Virus record (IMG/VR): IMGVR_UViG_3300031992_000038
Span: 51,874-115,873 of that record
Reading direction: 5' to 3' (one strand)
DNA: 64,000 nt
Origin: a virus
Lineage: Duplodnaviria > Caudoviricetes
Part shown: positions 42,221 through 51,086 of the stretch, piece by piece
Layout: each line of letters starts with the position of its first letter
Position numbering within the stretch: the stretch's first letter is position 1
Notes under the pieces: generated by a model
What the model was told of the DNA's origin: nothing
The model's database searches: none
The model's input: the letters and a program-made list of their open reading frames with translations, nothing else
Translations under genes and position numbers: made by a program

Positions 42221-42502
42221 ATGACACAGATTCTATTAATGACAAACGACAACACCAAGCAGACGCTTGCGGCCAATATCCCCAACGGCGAACTCGATTT
42301 CTTTGAGCGCCTGTCAACCCTCGGCGGCTTCCTGAGATTCCACATTTCGGTTTACGGGATCGACACCAACCTCACATACCACGCCGATTACGGCACATTC
42401 GTCACCAAGGGCGAGTGCATCGCATGGCTCAGCAAAAACGTGTTCGGCGGAACACTGACGACCAAATGTTTCAACGACCTCAAAAAGACACTGATGCGAT
42501 GA
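42221..42502 (+). CDS. Array gene, hypothetical
   Basis: ORF coupled to next. Confidence 0.6.
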   Translation: MTQILLMTNDNTKQTLAANIPNGELDFFERLSTLGGFLRFHISVYGIDTNLTYHADYGTFVTKGECIAWLSKNVFGGTLTTKCFNDLKKTLMR

Positions 42503-42747
42503 GCAGGCACATACAATACCAATGCAACTGCGCCGGCGTGAGCATCGAGGAATGGAACGGCCTGATGAAGGGGGCGAGACCCTGCTCATACAAAAACCTG
42601 TGCAGACTTATCAAGCGAGACGAGCCAGACATGTATGAGGACCTCATGTTGGACTACTACAACCCCTATGCAGACCAATGCAAGCAGACTAAGACACATT
42701 ACATACTCGTCAGTTCAATGACGGAGTATTTCTTCAAGAAGATATAA
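42499..42747 (+). CDS. Array gene, hypothetical
   Basis: MSRHIQY...L.LDYYNPY...TKTHYILV.S..EYFF. Confidence 0.65.
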   Translation: MSRHIQYQCNCAGVSIEEWNGLMKGARPCSYKNLCRLIKRDEPDMYEDLMLDYYNPYADQCKQTKTHYILVSSMTEYFFKKI

Positions 42748-43027
42748 TCGTTTGCGTTTTTAGATGGTGTGTGGCGGAATGGTAACGAATCCATCCGCCA
42801 CGCTTTTTTCGTCCTCACCGCAAAGGTAAGCCTCCCCGTGCGGTGGCACTTGAAGGTAAGAAATTTCCGTGAAATGCGCAAGTTAATTAACACTTTTAAC
42901 ATTTCAACTTTTAACAAATTTTTAACACAATATATTTGACCATTCCAAATAAAATGCTTACCTTTCAATCGTCAAGTTAATGGGAGTGACACCCCCGAAA
43001 GTTCAACCATCTAAAAGCAGAACAACA

Positions 43028-43993
43028 ATGAAAGCAAAACCAAAAGTCGGTGACATCATCTACTATGACGGAAACAAACTGAAGGCCACAAGCAAGAAGA
43101 AATGGAGCGCGTCGCTCGGCACACCCGTGGCGGTGGTGGTTATCCCTGCCTCCCACATGCCTGACGGAAAGTGCAGGGGAATGTCGCTGTGCAACATGTC
43201 GTACAAGACACCGCAGACGGGCACGCTCGGAACGGGCAACGACAACGCTGAGGCCAACGGCACGAATCTGATGTGGGGCGTTCACGGAACGGATGTCTCG
43301 GGTCTGACGAACTACGGCAACATCATGTCCACAAAAGGAATAACAATGCTCGATTTCGGTCTCTTTCCGAGCGACCTGTTCAAGGGCGTGATAACAATGC
43401 TCGATTTCGTGAAGAGACCGGGTGTCCTGTTCGATGGAATGGACACCCAAAACAATGAGGACGACACCGAGACCGCTTGGATGAAGACAAGAGAAGCACG
43501 CGCAATCTCCCCCTACGCCTCTGACGGCTCACAGAACCCAGCGTACATCACCGCGGGTCAGGCCCTCGCCGACATGGACGGCAAGGCGAACACAAAGGTT
43601 ATTGCCAACCTCTCCGCAATCAAGGACACCTATTCGGGTGGAGCGTTCGAGAACATTGAGGAGAACTACCCCGCAGCGTTCGCTTGCACCCTTTTCAGCA
43701 CACGCGGAACCTCTCAAGGTGATTGGTACCTCCCAGCAATGGGTGAGTTGGGCTATCTGTACACGCGTATCAAGAGAATCAACGAGTCTCTCGCCGCACT
43801 CGGCACATCAGCCGTTCAGTTCGGCGACCAAACGAAGGACCTCTCTTCTTTGGGCTCTTGGTGTTGGTCTTCGACAAAGTGCTATAGTTACGCATCATAC
43901 GGACTAACCTACTATGGCGGTTTTTTCGGCGGCGGTAGGGAACTCAACGAAGATGACTACCGAGTGAGGGCATTCGCTGCATTTGACTTATAA
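43028..43993 (+). CDS. DUF1566/C-type-lectin-like protein, untagged paralog of 6501-7628
   Basis: Long near-identical blocks, e.g. ASLGTPVAVVVIPASHMPDGKCRGMSLCNMSY. Confidence 0.85.
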   Translation: MKAKPKVGDIIYYDGNKLKATSKKKWSASLGTPVAVVVIPASHMPDGKCRGMSLCNMSYKTPQTGTLGTGNDNAEANGTNLMWGVHGTDVSGLTNYGNIMSTKGITMLDFGLFPSDLFKGVITMLDFVKRPGVLFDGMDTQNNEDDTETAWMKTREARAISPYASDGSQNPAYITAGQALADMDGKANTKVIANLSAIKDTYSGGAFENIEENYPAAFACTLFSTRGTSQGDWYLPAMGELGYLYTRIKRINESLAALGTSAVQFGDQTKDLSSLGSWCWSSTKCYSYASYGLTYYGGFFGGGRELNEDDYRVRAFAAFDL

Positions 43994-44273
43994 TGTGTTC
44001 CGCGACCTATTGGGCGAGTGCCACACACGGCACCGCCCATTTCATTCGCCCTTGCGCGTGGATAAGCCTCCCCGTCTTGCGACATTGGAAGGTAAGAATT
44101 TTTCCTGACATGCGCAAGTTAATTAACACTTTTAACACTTCCGAAAAAAGTTTATCTAATTAACATTCTTTAGCAGAATATATTTGGCCAATCCAAATTT
44201 TATGCTTACCTTTCGGTTGTCAAGTTAAGGGGATTGACACCCCCACAAGTTCAACCATCTAAATCTTTAGATT

Positions 44274-45365
44274 ATGATTATCAACAACGCTTTCGCAAAC
44301 GCAGCAGCAGTCATCAACCCCACAACGGCAACACCCGCCGCACCCGCGTGGGCACTTTTCGGAACCACCTACGACAAGCCCGTCACCATTGACGAGGTCT
44401 TTGAGGACGACAAGACGGGCCTTAATTATGAGGTCACTGAGCAGCCCATTGTCCGTGTTCCTCAGAGCGTCATTGACGCAATCCGCGCAGGTGAGCCGTT
44501 CAATTGGGAGCCCAACCCCAACACCATCATCGACACCCACAAGGCCACAGTCTACGGAACTGACGGGGCAACGCTCGGTGTCGTAGGTCAGTCCTATGGA
44601 GTGGTCCAAAACCGCAAGGCCATGGAGTTCATCAACTTCATCGAGGAGTGCAGCGGTCACAAGCCCGAAATCGTTGCAGCGGGTTATCTCGGCAAGGGCG
44701 AGAGAATGTTCGTCACCGCACGTTTGGGAGAGGACGTGTACATCGGCAAGGATGACGCCGTCACGAACTATGTGGTGTTCACAAACTCGCATGACGGGTC
44801 AGGCTCGGTCACCGCAATGCTGACACCCATCCGAGTGGTGTGCCAAAACACGCTCAACATGGCACTGAAACAGACCGCCAACAAGCTGTCGTTCCGTCAC
44901 ACCTCAAAGGTTGAGGAGCGTCTCGACTTCCAAATTGCCGCCAACCGCGAGCGCGCCGCCGCCGTGTTCAAGCAGTACAATGTGTTCACCGAGCAGTTCA
45001 TCGCCGCAATGCTCGACCTGAAGGACCAAGACGTGACCAAGGCCGACACGATGGAGTTCGCCGCACGGATGTTCATGAGCCCCGCACAACTCAAGTTGTG
45101 GAACCTCGCAGACCGAGACATGGACAAGGTGGACGAGATCCCCACCCGTATGAAGAACAACGTGAACGCGTTGCTCTCCGCAATCGAGAGCGGTATCGGT
45201 CAGGCTCAGCACCGAGGGACAAAGTTGTGGCTGCTCAACGGCCTCACGACCTACCTGCACAACGAACGCAAGTGGTCCACACCGCAGGACGAGTACAAGT
45301 CGCTGATGGAAGGTGACGGACTGAAAAAGGTGCAGAAGGCATACGAATGGCTCAAAGCGGCCTGA
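44274..45365 (+). CDS. DUF932/DUF945 phage-plasmid protein
   Basis: LGVVG..Y.VVQN..A..F, G.L..GER.F, NSHDGSGS, TPIRVVCQNTL, RHT, GT..W..NG.T.Y. Confidence 0.88.
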   Translation: MIINNAFANAAAVINPTTATPAAPAWALFGTTYDKPVTIDEVFEDDKTGLNYEVTEQPIVRVPQSVIDAIRAGEPFNWEPNPNTIIDTHKATVYGTDGATLGVVGQSYGVVQNRKAMEFINFIEECSGHKPEIVAAGYLGKGERMFVTARLGEDVYIGKDDAVTNYVVFTNSHDGSGSVTAMLTPIRVVCQNTLNMALKQTANKLSFRHTSKVEERLDFQIAANRERAAAVFKQYNVFTEQFIAAMLDLKDQDVTKADTMEFAARMFMSPAQLKLWNLADRDMDKVDEIPTRMKNNVNALLSAIESGIGQAQHRGTKLWLLNGLTTYLHNERKWSTPQDEYKSLMEGDGLKKVQKAYEWLKAA

Positions 45366-45740
45366 CGCACGACACACCACACGGAGCGGGCGGTTGACAC
45401 ATGTCACCGCCCGTTTCTTTTGCCCTTTCGCAAAGGTAAGCCTCCCCGTGCGGCAGCACTTGAAGGTAAGCATTTCCGGTGACATACGCAAGGCTTTTAA
45501 CGTTTTTAACACTTCTGTAGCGCGTATGTTAAAAGTGTTAAAGTCATTGCACAAATGAAAAATTTTCCTTACCTTCCATTGCGCAGCGAGGGGAAGCTTA
45601 CCCACGCGGTCACAACCACACCTTCATTTTTAACAAATTATTAACATTTTATATTTGGCCAATCCAAATAAAATGCTTACCTTTCAATCGTCAAGTTAAG
45701 GGGAATGACAACCCCAACAAGTTGAACCATCTAAATCTCT

Positions 45741-46229
45741 ATGATTATGAAAAAGTTACATCAAGTAATGGTAAAAGAAGCATTTGCAAACCTCAACTGC
45801 GTGGTGTCTGACAACCTCGCCGCACACATTGGCGAGAACGGAAAAGTGGACGCTACGGCGTTCCGAATCGCGTTGGACGCGTACAACCGCTATCAGGAGG
45901 ACGAATGCGATGGATGTGATTACGTCTTCAACATCAGCAACCAAGATGACCTGTCGGTTCTTGTCAAGTGCGGAACAACAGCACAGGAAATCGCCGACAT
46001 GGTGGCAACCGGTTTCACGATGTTCCACGTGGGGTACAACTACCCGAAGCCGCAACCACTTTCACAAATGGACGTGTGCCGCGCCATCATCGGTATTTCG
46101 GACGCACTGACGAACACCGCGATGCTGCTGCAAAACCAAAGCAGCGACTACTCCAAGTTCCTTGACTTCTTCCTCTATGACGAGGTGATGAAGGAAACAG
46201 ACCTGTACGCGCTTCTCACCAAGCAGTAA
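45741..46229 (+). CDS. Array cassette gene, hypothetical
   Basis: ORF after leader. Confidence 0.7.
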   Translation: MIMKKLHQVMVKEAFANLNCVVSDNLAAHIGENGKVDATAFRIALDAYNRYQEDECDGCDYVFNISNQDDLSVLVKCGTTAQEIADMVATGFTMFHVGYNYPKPQPLSQMDVCRAIIGISDALTNTAMLLQNQSSDYSKFLDFFLYDEVMKETDLYALLTKQ

Positions 46230-46537
46230 CGGCGGCGGACACATACGGACGCGGGCGAGTGCCACACACGGCACCCGCCCATTTCTTTTGCCCGCACACA
46301 CACACAAAGGTAAGCCTCCCCGTCTTGCGACATTTGAAGGTAAGCCTCCCCGTCTTGCGACATTGGAAGGTAAGCAAATTTTCCCATATACGCAAGTTAA
46401 TTAACATTTTTAACATTTCAACTTTTAACACATTTTTAACACTTTAAATTTGGCCAATTCAAAAAAATGTCTTACCTTTCAGATGTCAAGTTAAGGGAGT
46501 GACATCCCACAAGTTAAACCATCTAAATGCAGCAGAT

Positions 46538-46852
46538 ATGAAACTACTGACGAAAGCAATTGAGAACAAGTTGGCAAAGCGGCCCCTTTACTCGCAAGAC
46601 GGAAAGGGCGGAGAGGCCGAAATCATCGTGAAATTCTTCAACCCATGCGGAGCGGGCACATGGTATGTGCTTGAGGGAGAGAAGCAAGCAAACGGAGATT
46701 GGTACTTTTTCGGTCTTGCCGAAATCGGTTACGGGCTTGAATACGGATATTTCTCGCTCAACGAACTGAATAGCCTGCGCTTGCCGTTCGGACTGACCAT
46801 CGAGAGAGACCTGTATTTCAGCGGCAAGGTTAAGGACGTTATGAAAGACTGA
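46538..46852 (+). CDS. DUF2958-family protein
   Basis: KFFNPCGAGTWY..E...FFGL....EYGYFSL.EL....IERDLYF. Confidence 0.85.
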   Translation: MKLLTKAIENKLAKRPLYSQDGKGGEAEIIVKFFNPCGAGTWYVLEGEKQANGDWYFFGLAEIGYGLEYGYFSLNELNSLRLPFGLTIERDLYFSGKVKDVMKD

Positions 46853-46858
46853 CACGCC

Positions 46859-47068
46859 ATGATAGAGTTCAAATATACCGATGTTGTCCTCTATGACGGG
46901 GACACCGAGACCGAGAGCGGAGAGGCGCACAAAGTTCTTTCAATTGACGAGACGGGCGCCCACATGGACAACGGGGAGACGTGGTGCTATGGCGACCTGA
47001 GCGACTATGAGTTCGGCATCCTTTCCAAATCATTAGAACACGAACTGCAAAAACTGACAGAACAATGA
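46859..47068 (+). CDS. Array gene, hypothetical
   Basis: Operon with DUF2958 gene. Confidence 0.6.
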   Translation: MIEFKYTDVVLYDGDTETESGEAHKVLSIDETGAHMDNGETWCYGDLSDYEFGILSKSLEHELQKLTEQ

Positions 47069-47364
47069 AGGAAGAAATTATCAAACAAGTGGCGGCATAC
47101 GTCACATGCGGATGGGGGTACACATACCCCAAGAACGTGACCTGCGACACAAGCGAGGGGACAATCACGCTCAACGAACTGACGCAGACCATAGACGATA
47201 ACATATCGCTCACCTACTCCACAGGTGACGGACGAATTGCGGTGAAACGTCTCGCGGACTTCACCGAGAGGGAAATGGTGGAAATCATCAACAAGGCCGT
47301 GCTGACCAAGTTTTGGGGCAACGCGCTCACAAAGGAACTGAAAGAAAACAACATCAAACTCTAA
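47065..47364 (+). CDS. Array gene, hypothetical
   Basis: ATGA-coupled. Confidence 0.6.
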   Translation: MKEEIIKQVAAYVTCGWGYTYPKNVTCDTSEGTITLNELTQTIDDNISLTYSTGDGRIAVKRLADFTEREMVEIINKAVLTKFWGNALTKELKENNIKL

Positions 47365-47368
47365 GGAT

Positions 47369-47647
47369 ATGAAACTGACAGAAAACGACATCAAGCGACT
47401 GAGACGAATAGGGTACATGGACCACGATATTACGTGGATAGAGAAAGACCTCTACAACGACCGCTACACCTATGAACTATACCGAACCGACAACGGCAAG
47501 AAGGTAAAGGACCTGACGGCCGAGAACGCAATCAGGTGGGTAGGGCGCAAGAATTTCCTTTCAGGGATAGGTCGGGCCTGCTTCCACCATACGGCGGTCA
47601 GAGAGGGCAAAAACGGACGTTACGTGTTTTTTGAATGCAACGACTAA
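47369..47647 (+). CDS. Array gene, hypothetical
   Basis: GR..FLSG..RA.FH.TA.R motif. Confidence 0.65.
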   Translation: MKLTENDIKRLRRIGYMDHDITWIEKDLYNDRYTYELYRTDNGKKVKDLTAENAIRWVGRKNFLSGIGRACFHHTAVREGKNGRYVFFECND

Positions 47648-47866
47648 CCGCACGACCAACACCACAGAACGGGCGAGTGCCACACACGGCACCCGCCCAT
47701 TTTTTTGCGCCCACACGCGATGGGTAAGCCTCTCCCCCTATCGGCACTTAAAGGTAAGATTTTTTCTTGACATGTGCAAGGACTTTAACACTTTTAACAT
47801 TTCAACTTTTAACAAAGTTTTAACACTCAAAATTTGGCCGTTCCACATAAAATGCTTACCTTCTGA

Positions 47867-47935
47867 ATGTTGGGAGAACAGAAATCTCCCAAAGGGCAAG
47901 GATAAGACCTTGGAGTATAATCTCCGACGCGCCTT
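47867..47935 (+). ncRNA. Candidate structured ncRNA, copy 2 of 3
   Basis: TTGGGAGA/TCTCCCAA, CAAGG/CCTTG, GGAG/CTCC stems after promoter. Confidence 0.55.
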
Positions 47936-48078
47936 GAAATATAGAATATATTGTTTGTTTATCTTTAACAAATTTTTAACACTTTATTTTTGGCCGTTCC
48001 AAAATTTTTACTTACCTTTCGGTTGTCAAGTTAAGGGGAGTGACACCCCCGCAAGTTGAACCATCTAAACGCAGAACA

Positions 48079-48330
48079 ATGGACATCTACACCATCGCAT
48101 TCGCAACAACCAACGGCGGAGACCTCTACATGGAGACAAAGGTCTACACCGACAAGAGCCTCGCAATGTACGCCCTGCGCGGATACGCTGAGAGCATCAT
48201 CGAGGACAACGCGCTCGACACCGACGCGGACACGCTCATCGCACAGCACACGACCACCTACCCCACAGGGGTGAAAATGCTCACCTACAACGGGGAGTAC
48301 ATGGTCGAACTCAAGAACGTCAAACTCTAA
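48079..48330 (+). CDS. Array cassette gene, hypothetical
   Basis: ATG after conserved leader. Confidence 0.65.
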   Translation: MDIYTIAFATTNGGDLYMETKVYTDKSLAMYALRGYAESIIEDNALDTDADTLIAQHTTTYPTGVKMLTYNGEYMVELKNVKL

Positions 48331-48335
48331 ACAAA

Positions 48336-48803
48336 ATGACCGATATGGGAAGGTATACAGACATCTATGCCGAAGTGCGCACTGACTACAACGCTGACGG
48401 GTTCACCTGCATCGACGCGTGGCGCACAGATGACGACAACGAGGAGGGACGCACAGTGGCCGTGGTCCACGAGAGCGGGGACGTCTACTACAACGAGCCC
48501 GAGGCCCGCAGAAGCCAAATGGTGACCGAGGCCGTTGCGCAGGTAAGGGCCCGTGCGCAAACCCTCAACGAGCAACGGATGCTCGAGCAGCACATGACCG
48601 ACTATTGGCACGATGACAGAATCGCCGAGATCGACGACATCTGCTGCCTCATGGACCAAGACGGGGACGAGGTAAAACTCGCACGGCTCGCAGAGGAATA
48701 CAAGGGATGCGACCCCAAGGCCGAACACGACCGACTGATGCGCGAGTGCCTCGAGGAGGCGTTCCGAAACTACCTCAACAAGTACTACCAAGTACCCAAA
48801 TGA
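48336..48803 (+). CDS. Array gene, hypothetical
   Basis: IDAW.TDDDNEEG..VA motif. Confidence 0.7.
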   Translation: MTDMGRYTDIYAEVRTDYNADGFTCIDAWRTDDDNEEGRTVAVVHESGDVYYNEPEARRSQMVTEAVAQVRARAQTLNEQRMLEQHMTDYWHDDRIAEIDDICCLMDQDGDEVKLARLAEEYKGCDPKAEHDRLMRECLEEAFRNYLNKYYQVPK

Positions 48804-48876
48804 GTACAATCAGACAACACTAACTAACAACAACGGGGCGGCACGAACAACCACCCAACAAAAAACAACTACGACA

Positions 48877-49440
48877 ATGACACTAAGGACAAAGCAGCAG
48901 GTGGCCGAGCGAATCACCAAACTGCTCGCAATAATCGACAAGAACGACAAGACAAAGGTCTCAGCCCTCATGCGCAAGAACGACATGGAGCAACTGCTCC
49001 GTATGGAGAGCGAACTCACGGCCAAGGCGCAGGCGGCCGTCGGATGCGCGCCGCAACCCGCAATCACAGCCGAGGAACTCGACCAAGCGAAACGGGCATA
49101 CCTCGATGACATGGAGCGACTCGCCGAGCGAGTCAACAAAGCACTCAAGCAGTCGGGATACGGGTTCACGTTCACCACACCCACAGGGCCATCGTCATCG
49201 CTGAAGATGGACGGGGAGACTATCTACACCTCACTGAACGACAAGGGACAGATAAGAATCACCATCCCTTCGGCCACAATCACTCCCGAGACCGAACACA
49301 GCAAGACAACGCTCCTCGGACAAGCGGCGAGACTTTGCGGGGACATCGCCACGCTCGGGACAATGGAGGACGCACTGCGCACATCCTCGCGCAGGCTGAC
49401 CGAACTCGCAGGACTGAACAAACAACACAAAGCACAATAG
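48877..49440 (+). CDS. Array gene, hypothetical
   Basis: 187-aa ORF. Confidence 0.65.
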   Translation: MTLRTKQQVAERITKLLAIIDKNDKTKVSALMRKNDMEQLLRMESELTAKAQAAVGCAPQPAITAEELDQAKRAYLDDMERLAERVNKALKQSGYGFTFTTPTGPSSSLKMDGETIYTSLNDKGQIRITIPSATITPETEHSKTTLLGQAARLCGDIATLGTMEDALRTSSRRLTELAGLNKQHKAQ

Positions 49441-49447
49441 GACGACA

Positions 49448-49660
49448 ATGGGAAAGACAATCAAAATCAAGGTGGCCGACACCTTCAGCGGACAATCACT
49501 CACATTCCGCACAACCGCCGACAAACTCGCGGCGGAAGGACGATGGACATGGCTCACGCGCTCACAACGCAGCAGACTTGAACAAGCGTTCGGCAAACCG
49601 AGATGCTACTACTGCACAATCCTCACAAGCGAGGACAACGAATTCCACGCATACAACTAA
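49448..49660 (+). CDS. Array gene, hypothetical
   Basis: Operon position. Confidence 0.55.
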   Translation: MGKTIKIKVADTFSGQSLTFRTTADKLAAEGRWTWLTRSQRSRLEQAFGKPRCYYCTILTSEDNEFHAYN

Positions 49661-49673
49661 CCGACAAAAGGAC

Positions 49674-49961
49674 ATGGACAGACAGAAGGCGAACAGAATG
49701 GCGGAAGCCATACTATCGGATAAGACGATGGCAAAACACGTACTGAAACACGAATGGCTGAGCGGCTCGTCCACAATGGTCGCACCGCTGACAATCGGAG
49801 CGAACTACGCAAGCGCGCAGGTGGACACCGACAAACCGAACACGCTGAACAAAGCAATCAGACGAATCGTTGACAACAACACGGACCTGTTCGGAGACGG
49901 GCGGTTCTGCAAGTCTGACGGAAGCTGCCCAAGCGAGGTGAGATTCTACTACGCGGACTGA
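49674..49961 (+). CDS. Array gene, hypothetical
   Basis: ATG at 49674 after previous stop. Confidence 0.6.
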   Translation: MDRQKANRMAEAILSDKTMAKHVLKHEWLSGSSTMVAPLTIGANYASAQVDTDKPNTLNKAIRRIVDNNTDLFGDGRFCKSDGSCPSEVRFYYAD

Positions 49962-50301
49962 ACACCAAACTACCGATAAAAACAACAATCCCCACTCATC
50001 AAAACCAACCTGATGAATGGGGGTTGTTCGCTTTTGGAACAATTTTTAAAATTTTCCCTATGGGGATTTTCCCGAACAAGGCGAATTCAGTTCCGTTTTG
50101 GAACAATTTTACCAAAGGTAAGCCTTCCCGTCTTGCGACATTTGAAGGTAAGCATTTTCCTCGACATGTGCAAGAGATTTAACTTTTTTAACACTTCTGT
50201 AGCAAGTATGTTAAAAGTGTTAATTACATTGGCCGTTCCAAATATTTTGCTTACCTTCCATCCGTAAAATGAAAGTTAAACCATAAACAAAACATCAGAC
50301 T

Positions 50302-50691
50302 ATGAACTATCTCAGTTATCACCTGAATGACGGGGCGGACTGGCAAGCAAGAGCAGTCCTCGCGTGTCTCGGAACATGCGGAGTCCCCGAGAACGTGGAC
50401 CTCAACGTGGCACGCTATCAGAACGGACGCGAGCAGGGGTACATCTTCACCGCACGCGTGAAACACACCGAGAGACAGCGCAATTACGCCGTATATGAGC
50501 ATCGCAACTCTGACGACCTTTGCGTGGTAGTGAACGACACGCACACATTCGGAGAACCCGCCTCAGAAATCATCTACGAAGGCATGAAGGACAAGTGGGA
50601 CACCACAAAGGACTTCCGCTGCGGGCAAATCCTTGAATGCGCTGAATGGATTCAGGACGACATCAGCGAGTGGGCGCAGCAGGAGAACTGA
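50302..50691 (+). CDS. Array cassette gene, hypothetical
   Basis: NGREQGY and EHRNSD motifs. Confidence 0.75.
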   Translation: MNYLSYHLNDGADWQARAVLACLGTCGVPENVDLNVARYQNGREQGYIFTARVKHTERQRNYAVYEHRNSDDLCVVVNDTHTFGEPASEIIYEGMKDKWDTTKDFRCGQILECAEWIQDDISEWAQQEN

Positions 50692-50809
50692 CAACACGCA
50701 CATACAGACAACCGATGACGGCCCGAGAACGCTGCACAAAGCGACCCGGGCCGCCAACGTAACCAAAAACAACGATTTCAGCGAACCGCCCAAAACGCTC
50801 AACAAAACC

Positions 50810-50932
50810 TCCTGCAAATTATAGCGAAATCAGTTCGCAGGAGCGGCGGGCACTGGATGACATCCCGTTCAGCGAAATCCCTGCGAATATCAACGAATTT
50901 CCTGCGAATTATAGCGAAATTGCTTGGCAGGG
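50810..50932. repeat. Short imperfect direct repeats (CCTGCRAAT..AGCGAAAT)
   Basis: cctgcaaattatagcgaaat at ~50811, cctgcgaatat at ~50880, cctgcgaattatagcgaaat at ~50901. Confidence 0.6.
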
Positions 50933-51015
50933 AAACGGACACTGGAACCTTGCGTTTTTAACACATTTTTAACATAATATATTTGGCCATTCCAAATATT
51001 ATTCTTACCTTTCAA

Positions 51016-51086
51016 ATGTTGGGAGAGGAACACCACCGCTCCCAAAGGGCAAGGGTAAGTCCTTGGAGTATAATCTCCGACGCGCA
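51016..51086 (+). ncRNA. Candidate structured ncRNA, copy 3 of 3
   Basis: TTGGGAG/CTCCCAA, CAAGG/CCTTG, GGAG/CTCC stems after promoter. Confidence 0.55.

Larger units (their letters stand above)
22762..50270. repeat. Dispersed family of ~30 intergenic modules (terminator + GGTAAG-hairpin-GGTAAG core + inverted promoter pair + leader)
   Basis: Core on minus strand at ~22868, 23581, 24138, 30113, 45568; on plus strand at ~24758, 25006, 25896, 26989, 27621, 28276, 28996, 29824, 31606, 32256, 33627, 34809, 35628, 36324, 37563, 38359, 39271, 40293, 41212, 42825, 44061, 45435, 46309 (tandem x2), 47723, 50117. Confidence 0.95.

Noticed and set aside
24758-50150. CRISPR array or solitary CRISPR repeats (the 30-nt core starts GT, has a hairpin and can end ACTGAAAG)
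   Set aside because: Copies are hundreds of bp apart with genes between them, there are no uniform spacers or cas genes, and GAAAGGTAAG is better explained as the reverse complement of the promoter -7 box. A Racr-like role is not excluded but needs a match to a host repeat.
23460-50267. Recurrent short ORFs such as MLTFKCRKTGRLT.. and ..VSLPVLRHLKV..
   Set aside because: They are translations of the repeated non-coding module in variable frames with inconsistent starts and stops
29968-51086. tRNA or hammerhead identity for the triplicated RNA
   Set aside because: No T-loop/anticodon arrangement or CCA, and no CUGAUGA/GAAA core
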